From a virus (lineage: Duplodnaviria; Caudoviricetes), in the IMG/VR virus record IMGVR_UViG_3300044796_000401: a stretch of 64,000 nt of DNA; one strand, 5' to 3'. Below, piece after piece: positions 45,556 through 54,765 of this stretch. Each line of letters opens with the position of its first letter. The stretch's first letter is position 1. A model generated the notes under the pieces. That model ran no database searches. It was given only the letters and a program-made list of their open reading frames with translations, and was not told where the DNA came from. The position numbers were made by a program, and so were the translations under genes.

Positions 45556-45795
45556 TTATCCGTCGTCTTCCTCTTCTTCCGCATTCAATCTTTCGTTGAG
45601 GCAATCGTCGCACAGCCGTATCGGGGGCTTGACCCATGAGTCATATACGGGAATCACGTAGCTGTGGCTGTCCCCGCATTCGTCGCACGTGCGCGCCAGA
45701 CAGAACATCGCGTGCGGCATCCCTATCTTGTAGGAACAGCCGCAGTCGGGACATTTCACGGTGTTTTTCTTCGGCTTGGGCTTACCTCCCTTCAT
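45556..45795 (-). CDS. Small zinc-finger protein
   Basis: CPDCGC, CDECG, LCDDC motifs; ATGA overlap with the upstream gene. Confidence 0.6.
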   Translation of the reverse strand: MKGGKPKPKKNTVKCPDCGCSYKIGMPHAMFCLARTCDECGDSHSYVIPVYDSWVKPPIRLCDDCLNERLNAEEEEDDG

Positions 45796-46016
45796 ACATC
45801 CTCCGGGAAGAACTTCTCTTCCAGTTCTGCTGCCGCGATGGGATTATTGAGCACGAGGCGGGAAACCGAATCCCATTTCGTCTGTAGCCTTTTGGCCCTT
45901 ATCCGGTATTGCTGAGGCGTCGAGGGCTCGTCTGCGATGGCGTACAGGAAGTTCGCCATCTGAGCGCCCACGAACTCCATCTTGGTGATCGGAATGCCCT
46001 TCTCGCGCTTCGCCAT
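45792..46016 (-). CDS. Small hypothetical protein
   Basis: GAGG RBS and an upstream sigma70 promoter. Confidence 0.65.
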   Translation of the reverse strand: MAKREKGIPITKMEFVGAQMANFLYAIADEPSTPQQYRIRAKRLQTKWDSVSRLVLNNPIAAAELEEKFFPEDV

Positions 46017-46037
46017 CTTGCGCCTCTTTCACATCCA

Positions 46038-46066
46038 AGTATACCCCAACTAGGCCCCGATCTCAA
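46038..46066 (-). promoter_or_regulatory. Sigma70-type promoter
   Basis: Minus strand TTGAGA-17 nt-TATACT. Confidence 0.65.
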
Positions 46067-46090
46067 GCAGGAATCTTGAGAGGATGAATT

Positions 46091-47098
46091 TCAGCGTCTT
46101 CCTACCGCCTTAAACCCCAGTAATTCCCCAGCTTCATATCGTTTGTTGATGCCCCTTCTCGCCAGTTCCCTAAAACAGTCTCGACTACAAGTTTTTGCTC
46201 CAGAATGCCTCGGAGTGAAATCGGTGTCACATACAACGCATTTCACTAACTGTCGCCGTCTAGCGTTGCGCTTTTGCCAAACTATAAAACATTCCCGCCT
46301 ACATGTAGTCCTTTTCTTGTTTAGTATTTCTGTCCCACAGACAGCACACGCGGGAATGACCTGGGGGAGGGGCAAGCCGTACTTCTTGCACGTTACTAAG
46401 TTAGGCATCCATTTATAAATTTCCATCTTTCTTTTCATGGCTTTTGCTAAAGATTCAAGCGATTTAGGCTTCCCCCTGTTGGAGGCGGCTATCCGCGATT
46501 TTTGTGCTTCAGACATAATGTAGCCCCTACGCGCCCTAGACATATTTTCCCGAATTTCTTCCGTGTAGACCCGCTCTCTGGCCACTTTAGCTATGCGCTG
46601 GCGCTCAGACTCAGGCATGCCCTGTTCTTTTTTGATTCTAGAAAGAAGTTGTTTTTGGGCTTCCGACATTGGCCCTTTGGATTTTCCGCGCTGCAAGTCA
46701 CCGATAAGTTTTTTAGTTTTCTCGGAGTGCTTGTAGTTGTCCCTAGCTCTCCGAGTGGCAACATATTTAGAAATTTCTTCTGGAGTTCTAGTCCGTCCCC
46801 TTGTGCCCTGCTTCACGTAAGGCAGGCTGTTGTATCCGTTTTTATAGGCGTCAAGACGATCAATCCAATATTGCTCCCGCACTACCAACACGGCTGGATC
46901 GCATTTCTCTAAAACCAGCCATTTCCAACTATCGGGACCGTGCTTGCACCAAGCTCGAAGAAGCTTAGTGCCTGTGTGTTTTCTAGATTTCAGTTCTCGC
47001 TTATGAGTCGCCCATCGCCGTTCAATCGCTATAGAACCGCCTACATACCACTTGTTATTCACCGAGCATTGAACGCCATAAATTCCGCAAGTCTTCAT
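46091..47098 (-). CDS. GIY-YIG homing endonuclease with NUMOD3 and C-terminal zinc-ribbon repeats
   Basis: CGIYGVQCSVNNKWYVGGS; HSEKTK, SEAQK repeats; CAVCG..TCRREC and CVVC..TCSRDC. Confidence 0.88.
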   Translation of the reverse strand: MKTCGIYGVQCSVNNKWYVGGSIAIERRWATHKRELKSRKHTGTKLLRAWCKHGPDSWKWLVLEKCDPAVLVVREQYWIDRLDAYKNGYNSLPYVKQGTRGRTRTPEEISKYVATRRARDNYKHSEKTKKLIGDLQRGKSKGPMSEAQKQLLSRIKKEQGMPESERQRIAKVARERVYTEEIRENMSRARRGYIMSEAQKSRIAASNRGKPKSLESLAKAMKRKMEIYKWMPNLVTCKKYGLPLPQVIPACAVCGTEILNKKRTTCRRECFIVWQKRNARRRQLVKCVVCDTDFTPRHSGAKTCSRDCFRELARRGINKRYEAGELLGFKAVGRR

Positions 47099-47137
47099 TC
47101 CTCTTCCACCTCTTACTTACGGGGTAAAAAGTTAAAA

Positions 47138-50062
47138 TTATGCTCCGATTTCTGCCAGAAACCGGCTGGGAGATACCTTTTGCATATTTTGTCCCCGCAA
47201 TTCTTTGTCGTAGACGCATATGACAAGTTGGTTTCGTGCTCTTGTTACAGCGACGTACCATAATCTGCGTTCTTCCTCTATAGAGGACTCTTCTCCAAGA
47301 CAGAAACGGTGCGGTAGCACACCGTCTACCACACCAACTAGATACACGCGATTCCATTCCAGACCCTTCGCTTGATGGATTGTGGTGATAACCACGGAGC
47401 CCTGGTCGAGCACCTTGATCTTGGCGTCCAGTTCGTCCTTGGTGATCTTGCCCTCGTCATAAGCCTTCAAGACCGCCTCCCGCTCCTCGGCCTCGTCCCC
47501 CTTTGGGCGGTCGAGCGTGAGGTTGAAGATCAGGTCGTCGAGGCTCATGTTCCCGTCCTGCACCAGCACGATTATCATCATGTTGAACCGCTCGATGTTC
47601 TCCAGCTTGCTCTGCACCCTGCCGGGCTCTTTCTTGTATTTCTGCCGGACGTACTCCTTGTAATTGCTCATCGCCACGACCTTCTCGACGGCGGCGATGG
47701 GGGAATCCTTGAACAAGGATACGTGCTCGATGGTGTCGCAGAACATGCCGAGCTTGCGCTGCTCGCGGGCAGCTTGGATCAGGTCCCCGTCGTACTTCTC
47801 GTTCGCCTGCTGGCGGATTTTCTCAAGGGTTGCCTCCCCCACGCCGCACTTCGGCGCGCCCGCCGCCCGTACGAGCGCCATGAAATCCTTGTGGTTGGCG
47901 GCGAGGCGCATGTACGCCATGATGTCCCGGATTTCCTCCGCGGCCAATAGTCCCCGCCCGCCGCGGACGATGTAGGGGATGTGGCGGCGTATCAGTTCGC
48001 TCTCAAGGTCGCGGATTTGGATTCCCGCGCGCACGAGCAGGGCGTTGTCCTTGTACGCGAGAACGCCGTGGCGGCTGTCCCGTGCTATTTCCTGCGCGAT
48101 GGCGGCGGCGACGCTCTGTGGGAAAGCCAAGACCATCTTGCGAACTTCGCCGTGTTCGTTGTTCATTCCCCGCCACGAGACCATTTGGATAGGTATCGTC
48201 CGCGTCATTTTTTTACAAATCAGGTTGGCGAAGTCCACGATCTCCGGCGCGCTGCGATGGTTGCGCTGGATTTTATAGAGGGCGGGTCGTACGCCGCGCC
48301 AATCCTCGGAATACTTGCGCATGATTTCCGGCACGGCCCCGTTGAAGCCATAGATTGAATTTCCAACCACAAGACCGTCTGCAATGTATGTGTGGTCTTT
48401 TTCCACGTCCAACGAATACACTAGCCCTTCGTACCGCTCAACGGAGACGGACGACAACGATGTAAATTTATTCACTCCTTGCACGGGAATATCCAGCAAG
48501 GGAGCGATGGGAACGATATTGGCGGCAATTGTCTTGAAATACCCACGCCATTTACGGTTACATTGATTGACTGATGCGCTGTCGAATCGCTCCACCAGCG
48601 GAATGTCCGCAAAGAGTCCGTAATCAGTCAAACATCGTTCGGCATTTGCGGGATTTGCATGAGAAAATACTAACTTAATAAAGTCTTGAGTTTTATTCCG
48701 ACAAGCATGCCCCGCATTGAAAACACTTTCGGGAATTCCATATTTAACCGAAGTAATTTCTTCCCAGGCTTCCGCTTCCCGCCTAGAATCACATACCCTC
48801 AAAATCCATGCTTTGTTTCCTCGTTCACAACTCAATCTACTACTAAGTCCAAAGCCGTTTCGACTCATACAACCCTTCTTAAATCTGCTGATCCCAACCC
48901 TATAACCGTAACCCAATTTGTACATTAGGTACACAATGTACTTATTGTGGGTGTTCTTGTTGAACCGTACCCACAGCCAGTGGTTCGGTGTGACTCGTGT
49001 TGATGCTCCGTTTTCCGCTTTAATCGTAAGAAGCGATCCCTTGTATATGCGGCTGAACACACTAACTTTTCTTGGGATAGAGTAAGTTCGCTGGTCTACC
49101 TTTGTCCAAGAAATCACATCTCCAACCAACCCCTCTATAGCTACAGTTTTGTACGTAGCCGAAACAAAACCTCGACCGTTTCCCGGTCCTCGGGTTCTTA
49201 TAGGGTGGTCTAAAATTGTGACTTTAGTTCCGGGGGGTTGGCATTGATTCATGTCCCCCACGACGTACATGTCTTTCTTTTCCGGATGCAAAAGCCCGTT
49301 GATGAACTCCCACTGCACGGGATTGGTGTCCTGCCCCTCGTCCATCAAAACATGATCGAATTGCTTGTGCAGGACCGCCAGCCAACGCTCGTCCGTACGC
49401 ATGCGGCGCACGGCATAATGCAGCATGTCGTCGAAGTCCACGACATTCGCGGCTAATTTCTCCCGCTCGAACTCCTCCCATAGGTCCAATTCCACCTCGT
49501 CCATGGCATGGTATCCGGCGTGCGTCTTCAGGGCTTGCTCGTGCACGTCGTCCGTGTACTCCTTGCGGAAGCCCACGCCCCGCGCCCGGTGAAAGGAAAT
49601 CCTGTCCAGCACCCGAAACATCAGGGAAGTCGTGTCCTCCTCGAATTTGCGGCGGCCGATGATCTTCTTCATCATCTGCTTCTGGTCGTAGTCGTCGAGC
49701 GGGGTGACTTTATCTTGCAATCCGAATCCCTCGGGGTTCTTGCGGATGCCGCTGAGGGCGAGCGAGTGGATGGTGGACATCCTCGGCATCGGTCCGTTTT
49801 CAATGCCCGGAATAGCCTCTATAACCCTTCGCGCAATTTCTCCTGCCGCACGATTCGTAAATGTCACACAGCATATCTTGGGGGGAGGCACACCCTGCTC
49901 AATCAACCAAACCACTCTGGATTGCAGGCACTTGGTTTTTCCGGAACCCGCGCCAGCGATCAACACTGCCGGGGAACCGGTCGGATGCGTCACAGCCAAA
50001 CGCTGTTCTTCATTTAGGGAGGACACGAGTGGCGGCAAGTCAGGGGTGCACATAATCATCAA
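47138..50062 (-). CDS. UvrD/PcrA/Rep-family helicase with intein (start may be ATG 50059 or 50053)
   Basis: AGAGSGKT Walker A, TFTNRAA, MDEGQDTN, VGDMNQ|SIYGF, NHRS, TIHQAKGLEW, EERRLWYVAVTRA. Confidence 0.92.
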   Translation of the reverse strand: MMIMCTPDLPPLVSSLNEEQRLAVTHPTGSPAVLIAGAGSGKTKCLQSRVVWLIEQGVPPPKICCVTFTNRAAGEIARRVIEAIPGIENGPMPRMSTIHSLALSGIRKNPEGFGLQDKVTPLDDYDQKQMMKKIIGRRKFEEDTTSLMFRVLDRISFHRARGVGFRKEYTDDVHEQALKTHAGYHAMDEVELDLWEEFEREKLAANVVDFDDMLHYAVRRMRTDERWLAVLHKQFDHVLMDEGQDTNPVQWEFINGLLHPEKKDMYVVGDMNQCQPPGTKVTILDHPIRTRGPGNGRGFVSATYKTVAIEGLVGDVISWTKVDQRTYSIPRKVSVFSRIYKGSLLTIKAENGASTRVTPNHWLWVRFNKNTHNKYIVYLMYKLGYGYRVGISRFKKGCMSRNGFGLSSRLSCERGNKAWILRVCDSRREAEAWEEITSVKYGIPESVFNAGHACRNKTQDFIKLVFSHANPANAERCLTDYGLFADIPLVERFDSASVNQCNRKWRGYFKTIAANIVPIAPLLDIPVQGVNKFTSLSSVSVERYEGLVYSLDVEKDHTYIADGLVVGNSIYGFNGAVPEIMRKYSEDWRGVRPALYKIQRNHRSAPEIVDFANLICKKMTRTIPIQMVSWRGMNNEHGEVRKMVLAFPQSVAAAIAQEIARDSRHGVLAYKDNALLVRAGIQIRDLESELIRRHIPYIVRGGRGLLAAEEIRDIMAYMRLAANHKDFMALVRAAGAPKCGVGEATLEKIRQQANEKYDGDLIQAAREQRKLGMFCDTIEHVSLFKDSPIAAVEKVVAMSNYKEYVRQKYKKEPGRVQSKLENIERFNMMIIVLVQDGNMSLDDLIFNLTLDRPKGDEAEEREAVLKAYDEGKITKDELDAKIKVLDQGSVVITTIHQAKGLEWNRVYLVGVVDGVLPHRFCLGEESSIEEERRLWYVAVTRARNQLVICVYDKELRGQNMQKVSPSRFLAEIGA
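48359..49243 (-). mobile_element. Intein (295 aa) in the helicase
   Basis: Begins CQPPGT, ends VYSLDVEKDHTYIADGLVVGN before S+1; removal restores the GDxxQSIYGF motif. Confidence 0.88.
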
Positions 50063-50080
50063 TACTGCAAATGGGAAAAA

Positions 50081-50881
50081 CTACACAGGCTCCGCAAAGC
50101 GCGTTTCGTTTTGCGCTGATTCTACGCGGACCAGGAGAGCCGATACGTTATCGCCCGTTGGGATTCCCAAAGCCCTATCGACTATGGCCTGCGCATCGCC
50201 GCCCGACTGGATGAGTTCCACGACGCTCTCGGCTGCGGCTTCCGTGTTCTCGTGTCCGGGGTCGAGAGCGCCGTCGGTGCATACCAGCACGAAACTGCCG
50301 ACCCCCAAAGCCTGCGCGGAGATTTCCGGAACCCGGCTCAGGACCCTGTCCAGGACCTTGTCGCCCAAAGCCCTCGCTATCTGTAGGCCCGGGCCGTCCC
50401 AATGCGCCACGAGATACCCGCCAATGACCTTGCCGCCGCGGGCCATCGCCGCCTCGGCCTCCGCATTGTTCGTCCGCACGTTGTGCTCGGGGGCGATCCA
50501 GATCGAGCCGTCCGCCCGCTTCACGATGACGGGAGAATCCCCCAGCACCGCCACATGCACCATGTCGGCGGACAACGGGATGAAGACGACCGATGCGGTC
50601 GTGCCCTCGTGCATGTCCTTCGTGGCGTTGTGGAGCTTTTCGAATGCCTTCAGGAACGCGTCTTGCGGGGTAGCGCCCGGCTCGCCGAGCTCGTCCACGA
50701 ACAGTCCGGGGAACGTCTCCGATGCCCTGTGGGCGCAATTGCAGCCCCCGTGGCCGTCGAACACGCCGAAGCACAGCCCCTGGGGCATGCCGGAGGTGAA
50801 GAAGCGGTCCTCTTGGTACGACCTACGACCCTTGGCCGTCGCCAAGGATGCCGGGGTCAGTTGTAGAAGCATAGTATTCAC
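50081..50881 (-). CDS. PP2C/PPM-family Ser/Thr protein phosphatase
   Basis: GRR..QED, FGVFDGHGG, LGDS, ARALGD, CTDG, GDNVS. Confidence 0.9.
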   Translation of the reverse strand: MNTMLLQLTPASLATAKGRRSYQEDRFFTSGMPQGLCFGVFDGHGGCNCAHRASETFPGLFVDELGEPGATPQDAFLKAFEKLHNATKDMHEGTTASVVFIPLSADMVHVAVLGDSPVIVKRADGSIWIAPEHNVRTNNAEAEAAMARGGKVIGGYLVAHWDGPGLQIARALGDKVLDRVLSRVPEISAQALGVGSFVLVCTDGALDPGHENTEAAAESVVELIQSGGDAQAIVDRALGIPTGDNVSALLVRVESAQNETRFAEPV

Positions 50882-51164
50882 CCGATTCGTCTGTGATCTT
50901 TGTTTTTGTGTCCTTGAGAATCCCGTCGTAACAAGACTCGCAAATCACAGCTTCGTGAACTTCACTATCCTTGCGGGAATGGTAGCCCCAGCTTGCGCGG
51001 AGCAAGAAGAAGTCCCTGAAAGCGGGCTCGTGGTACAGACCGTGGGGCTCGCCGAACGGATTCCAGCCGCCGTCGCTGATCTTTTCGATCTCCTTGTCGC
51101 AGCGGTCGCAAGCGACCCGGTCGAGCAGCTTGCGCTCGACGTTTTCGATCTTGAACTTCAGCAT
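50823..51164 (-). CDS. Hypothetical protein with CxxC pairs
   Basis: CDRCD and CESC; starts next to the upstream stop. Confidence 0.6.
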   Translation of the reverse strand: MLKFKIENVERKLLDRVACDRCDKEIEKISDGGWNPFGEPHGLYHEPAFRDFFLLRASWGYHSRKDSEVHEAVICESCYDGILKDTKTKITDESGEYYASTTDPGILGDGQGS

Positions 51165-51401
51165 TTAGGCCTCCGGGTCGATCTCTTCCAGCGCCCGGAC
51201 GGCGATTGCCGCCATCTTAGTCAGGCGTGAAGTAAAGTTTTCCGACTTGGAGGCGTACCAGTCGGTCCTCAATTTCTTCAGTTGCTCCTCAAGGAGGAGG
51301 ATGTGGGGCGCGGCACGGTTGTACTGCGTGCGGTTTGTCCAAACTGCGTCCTGAGACGTTCGCTCGGCATCGATAAGCTCGTAGGCCTGTTCACGTGTCA
51401 T
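51165..51401 (-). CDS. Small helical protein, MazG/NTP-pyrophosphohydrolase-like (MTREQAYELIDAER...)
   Basis: GGAGG RBS before ATG 51401; ER..QD..W and KMAAIAVRALE pattern. It is the C-terminal part of the track's 358-aa ORF. Confidence 0.55.
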   Translation of the reverse strand: MTREQAYELIDAERTSQDAVWTNRTQYNRAAPHILLLEEQLKKLRTDWYASKSENFTSRLTKMAAIAVRALEEIDPEA

Positions 51402-51481
51402 AGGTGTTCCTCCATACCATAATACCCCAAACAAAACAAAGGCGGGACATTTTCGGCCCCGGCTTTTGGCCGGGGCCGATG

Positions 51482-52387
51482 CTAGAATTGCGCCTGCGTG
51501 TAGGATTTGCCCCCGTTGTCCGACCAGATGACCCCGAAGCGGGACGTGGCGACCACCAGATGGTTCGGCGACGTGGCCACCATGTCGTTGACCGCGATGT
51601 TGCGGTTGCCCCGGCGCTTCCACGACTTCCCGGCGTCGGTCGTGGCCCACACGCCGTCCGTGGTGCCAGCGTAAAGCCGGGCCTCGCTCACCCGCCAAAT
51701 AACCTTGGTCCGCCGGGCGTCCGTCTTGGTCCGGAGCTTGCGGTACTGCTCGCCGTCGTCGCTGCCCTTGTAGATTCCGGAACAAGCGCCGATCCAGATC
51801 GTGCCGCCGTCCAAGACAATCGAGAAGAAATCCGAGTCGTTGATGATGCCTTTGTTGATGGGATGCCACGTCATTCCGCCATTGCGCGTGTAGTAGCCGA
51901 GGTGCCATGTCCCGACGAAGATGTAGGAGGGGTTGGATTGGTCGATGGCGAGGCTCTGCACGTCCCCGATCTCCCGAGAGATGGACTCGAACGTCCTGCC
52001 GTGGTCCAAAGAGCGGTACACGCCGTCCTGTGCTCCAACAACGAGCATTGTGCCGCTGGTCCCGATGGCGCGGACGGCTTTGTTGAACGTGAGCGTCCAC
52101 GTAGCGCCGCCGTCGTCCGACACGAAAAAGCTGCCTTGGCTCGGATCGCCTATCGTCCATGCGGCGACATAGAAATGGCCCCCGTCCACCAGCATGCGGT
52201 CGATCACGTAGTCTTTCCTGAACGCGGCGAAGCCTCGCCATGTGCGGCCTTCATCGTGCGAGGCGTAGACGGCCCCGGCTGACGTGCCGACGTACAAAAC
52301 GCGCCCAGAAACAACGAGGCTCCGGGCCTCGCCGTTTTGCGCCAAGGCCGGAGCCGCTAGGAAAAGAAATGTGAGCAGAAGCCTCAC
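51482..52387 (-). CDS. Secreted BNR/Asp-box beta-propeller protein
   Basis: Signal peptide; repeated SxDxGxTW (SHDEGRTW, SDDGGATW, SLDHGRTF, TTDAGKSW). Confidence 0.85.
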   Translation of the reverse strand: MRLLLTFLFLAAPALAQNGEARSLVVSGRVLYVGTSAGAVYASHDEGRTWRGFAAFRKDYVIDRMLVDGGHFYVAAWTIGDPSQGSFFVSDDGGATWTLTFNKAVRAIGTSGTMLVVGAQDGVYRSLDHGRTFESISREIGDVQSLAIDQSNPSYIFVGTWHLGYYTRNGGMTWHPINKGIINDSDFFSIVLDGGTIWIGACSGIYKGSDDGEQYRKLRTKTDARRTKVIWRVSEARLYAGTTDGVWATTDAGKSWKRRGNRNIAVNDMVATSPNHLVVATSRFGVIWSDNGGKSYTQAQF

Positions 52388-52830
52388 GGGTACTCAGTGA
52401 CTTCTACAATGCCTCCCATGTTATCAACGATATTGATGCCGACACGAGCGGGCTCAATCCCCAACTTGGATTCGCTATCAACAAAATAACGGTGAACGTT
52501 GATGGAGTTTTCCAGCCCGCCTTTGACGGCGACATGGGACTTCGGATAGTTCATGAGGAACAAAGCCACGTCGTCTAGCGACGCCTTGCAGACGTTGGTT
52601 ACAACGTGTTTTGAACCGAGATCACACGTGACTACGGTGTTGGCACGTAGTTCAGATGCCGGTTCGGGTGCCGCGTAAGTTACGACGGCCGGGGGCGGCG
52701 AGGCTGGGGGATAAACCTGCGGTGCCACAGACAAGACGATACCAGTCACTACAATGGCCGCTATCGTCTTGGGGTGCCCCGCCGTGATGTGAATGAGGCT
52801 CGAAAGGCTTCCGAATCCATAAGTGTACAT
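52384..52830 (-). CDS. Membrane-anchored protein with degenerate OmpA-like C-terminal domain
   Basis: N-terminal TM segment; CKASLDDVALFL..P.S...G and LGIEPARV pattern. Confidence 0.55.
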   Translation of the reverse strand: MYTYGFGSLSSLIHITAGHPKTIAAIVVTGIVLSVAPQVYPPASPPPAVVTYAAPEPASELRANTVVTCDLGSKHVVTNVCKASLDDVALFLMNYPKSHVAVKGGLENSINVHRYFVDSESKLGIEPARVGINIVDNMGGIVEVTEYP

Positions 52831-52834
52831 CTTT

Positions 52835-53653
52835 CTAGCTCCTTCCCTTGAATGCCCATCCCCGCCAAATTTTCAGGGTAAGGCTGAATTCGCCCGCGGA
52901 GACGTGCCCGGAGCGTGTTTCGTGCAGGTATACGGCCAAGAGGTCCATCCCCTTTGGCAGCACGAAATCAACTCCGCCACCGGGACGAACGTAATTGTTC
53001 CAGCTATAGCCGAGCGTGTCCTTGGAAAATGTGCCCACCGCGATAGGCACAATGACGACACGGTGGAATCGTTTGGCAACGACTCCCTGCTCGACATAGG
53101 TGGTAAAAATGTAGTTGCCGGACTCGATGGGGGTGATATGCCCGGCAATCGCCCAAGTGTCGCCCGGAAACCGGGAAGTCTTCACTCTGGCGTTTTTCCA
53201 TCCGAACCAATCAGAAACGTAATAGGTCGGAGAGGAATAGAGGGTACCGCTTTTGAAGCGATCCTCGAACGAATAGGCCCCTCCAACAGTGACAATCCCG
53301 TGGCGAAGTACAAAATTGGCCTTAACCCCGCCGTTTGTTTGGATGTTGTTGTTCCAATCGTACCCATAGGTGTCCGTCATGAAGTTGAGGGACGCGTAGG
53401 GCACGATGGAAAAAAATCCATGTCGATAGACGGTGGCACCCTGCTCAAAATAGCTGTTGAGTTGAATGTTGCCGCCTTCCACCGGAGACTGGTCGCCGAA
53501 TGCAAGCCGAAAGCTGCCCGGATAGCTGGTAGCGCTGGGGTAGGCTACTCCAGTTGATCCCGCTGGGATAGCCGTCTGCGCAAGAGCCGAAACACTCAAG
53601 CACAGAAGGCCCACGAACATTAATGCTGCTGCGAACATCGTTTTCTTTGCCAC
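52835..53653 (-). CDS. Predicted outer-membrane beta-barrel protein
   Basis: Signal peptide; alternating amphipathic strands rich in Y/W/F; AAGGAGG RBS. Confidence 0.65.
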   Translation of the reverse strand: MAKKTMFAAALMFVGLLCLSVSALAQTAIPAGSTGVAYPSATSYPGSFRLAFGDQSPVEGGNIQLNSYFEQGATVYRHGFFSIVPYASLNFMTDTYGYDWNNNIQTNGGVKANFVLRHGIVTVGGAYSFEDRFKSGTLYSSPTYYVSDWFGWKNARVKTSRFPGDTWAIAGHITPIESGNYIFTTYVEQGVVAKRFHRVVIVPIAVGTFSKDTLGYSWNNYVRPGGGVDFVLPKGMDLLAVYLHETRSGHVSAGEFSLTLKIWRGWAFKGRS

Positions 53654-53670
53654 AAATCCTCCTTGTTGAA

Positions 53671-53699
53671 ACTATACGCTTACTGCCCGTGAAAGTCAA
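53671..53699 (-). promoter_or_regulatory. Sigma70-type promoter
   Basis: Minus strand TTGACT-17 nt-TATAGT ahead of the barrel gene RBS. Confidence 0.65.
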
Positions 53700-54730
53700 T
53701 ACCGTTTGACGTGTAGCCATACGGTGTGGCGCTTGCCTTGCACCACGGTAAACCAGAAGTTTTTGAAGAACACGACGCAATCCAAAATCCGCATGAACGG
53801 ATACGTGGGAAAGGCCAACAGCACATCCAGCCTTTTTTCCTTCGCCGCGCAAAACAAGGTCCAAAACAGGCTGACGGCTATATCGGACAGCAGAGCTACC
53901 ATGGACCAGCGGGGCTTGAACAGGGCCACCATGGGCAGGGTCAGCAGCCAGAGCCCGAAAAGGAACGATTCGGACAACAGGGCCTTGAGTTCCCAGTCCA
54001 CTCGCTGGTTGCCCGTCCACACCTTGTGCTTTTTCATTATCTGCCAAGCGCCGACCTGCCAGCGGGTGACTTGTTTTATGTAGTCGCCGATTGTTCTGGG
54101 GTCTTGGATATACGCGTGCATGCGACGATTATGCAAGATTCTTCCCAGTTTTTGCCTGTGTATTTGAAAGGTGATGTCCATGTCTTCCACCATGGTTTCT
54201 TTGTTCCAGTCCAGCTTCCTAAACACGTCGGAACGGAAAATCGAAGTGAATCCCGGCATCACGAAGATCGTCTGCATGTTGCTCATGCCCTGCCAGTACA
54301 CGTAGCTGGCGATGTACATGAACATGCAGCGATAGGCAACCAGCCAATTGTGGGGCCGATTTTTTGCCCGGCCGCAAACGGCGGCGATGCTGGGATTTTC
54401 CGCGAAGGTCTTCTGCGCCTCCGTAAAATAGTCCGAAGCTACGTGGGTGTCTGCGTCTACGGTGCTGATGTACTTGTACCTGTCTTCTAGCTTGAAGTGG
54501 GTCGCCAGCCTGCGCAGGCTGAGGGCCTTGCCGATGTTTTTCTCGTTTCGAAGGACATTGACTCCGAAGCTGCTTGCACGCTCGAATGTTCTGTCGTCGG
54601 AGCCGTCATCTATCACATAAATATCCTCCGCCCTCATTCCGGCTCCAAGCAGGCTGCGGATGGAATTGGAAATGACTACCTCCTCGTTCTTCCCCGGAAC
54701 CAGTACACAGAAGTCTTTGAAGTCTCTCAT
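53696..54730 (-). CDS. Processive family 2 glycosyltransferase (PgaC/IcaA/cellulose-synthase-like)
   Basis: PGKNEE, IDDGSDD, NIGKA, VDAD (DxD), VEDMD, QVTRW (QxxRW), C-terminal TM helices. Confidence 0.9.
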   Translation of the reverse strand: MRDFKDFCVLVPGKNEEVVISNSIRSLLGAGMRAEDIYVIDDGSDDRTFERASSFGVNVLRNEKNIGKALSLRRLATHFKLEDRYKYISTVDADTHVASDYFTEAQKTFAENPSIAAVCGRAKNRPHNWLVAYRCMFMYIASYVYWQGMSNMQTIFVMPGFTSIFRSDVFRKLDWNKETMVEDMDITFQIHRQKLGRILHNRRMHAYIQDPRTIGDYIKQVTRWQVGAWQIMKKHKVWTGNQRVDWELKALLSESFLFGLWLLTLPMVALFKPRWSMVALLSDIAVSLFWTLFCAAKEKRLDVLLAFPTYPFMRILDCVVFFKNFWFTVVQGKRHTVWLHVKRY

Positions 54731-54765
54731 AGTCTTTTACCTTGTGTCCACCCAGTAGCCAAAGT

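Noticed and set aside
51165-52241. 358-aa ORF in the track
   Set aside because: Only the last 78 aa (ATG 51401, with GGAGG RBS) look real; the rest overlaps the propeller gene out of frame.
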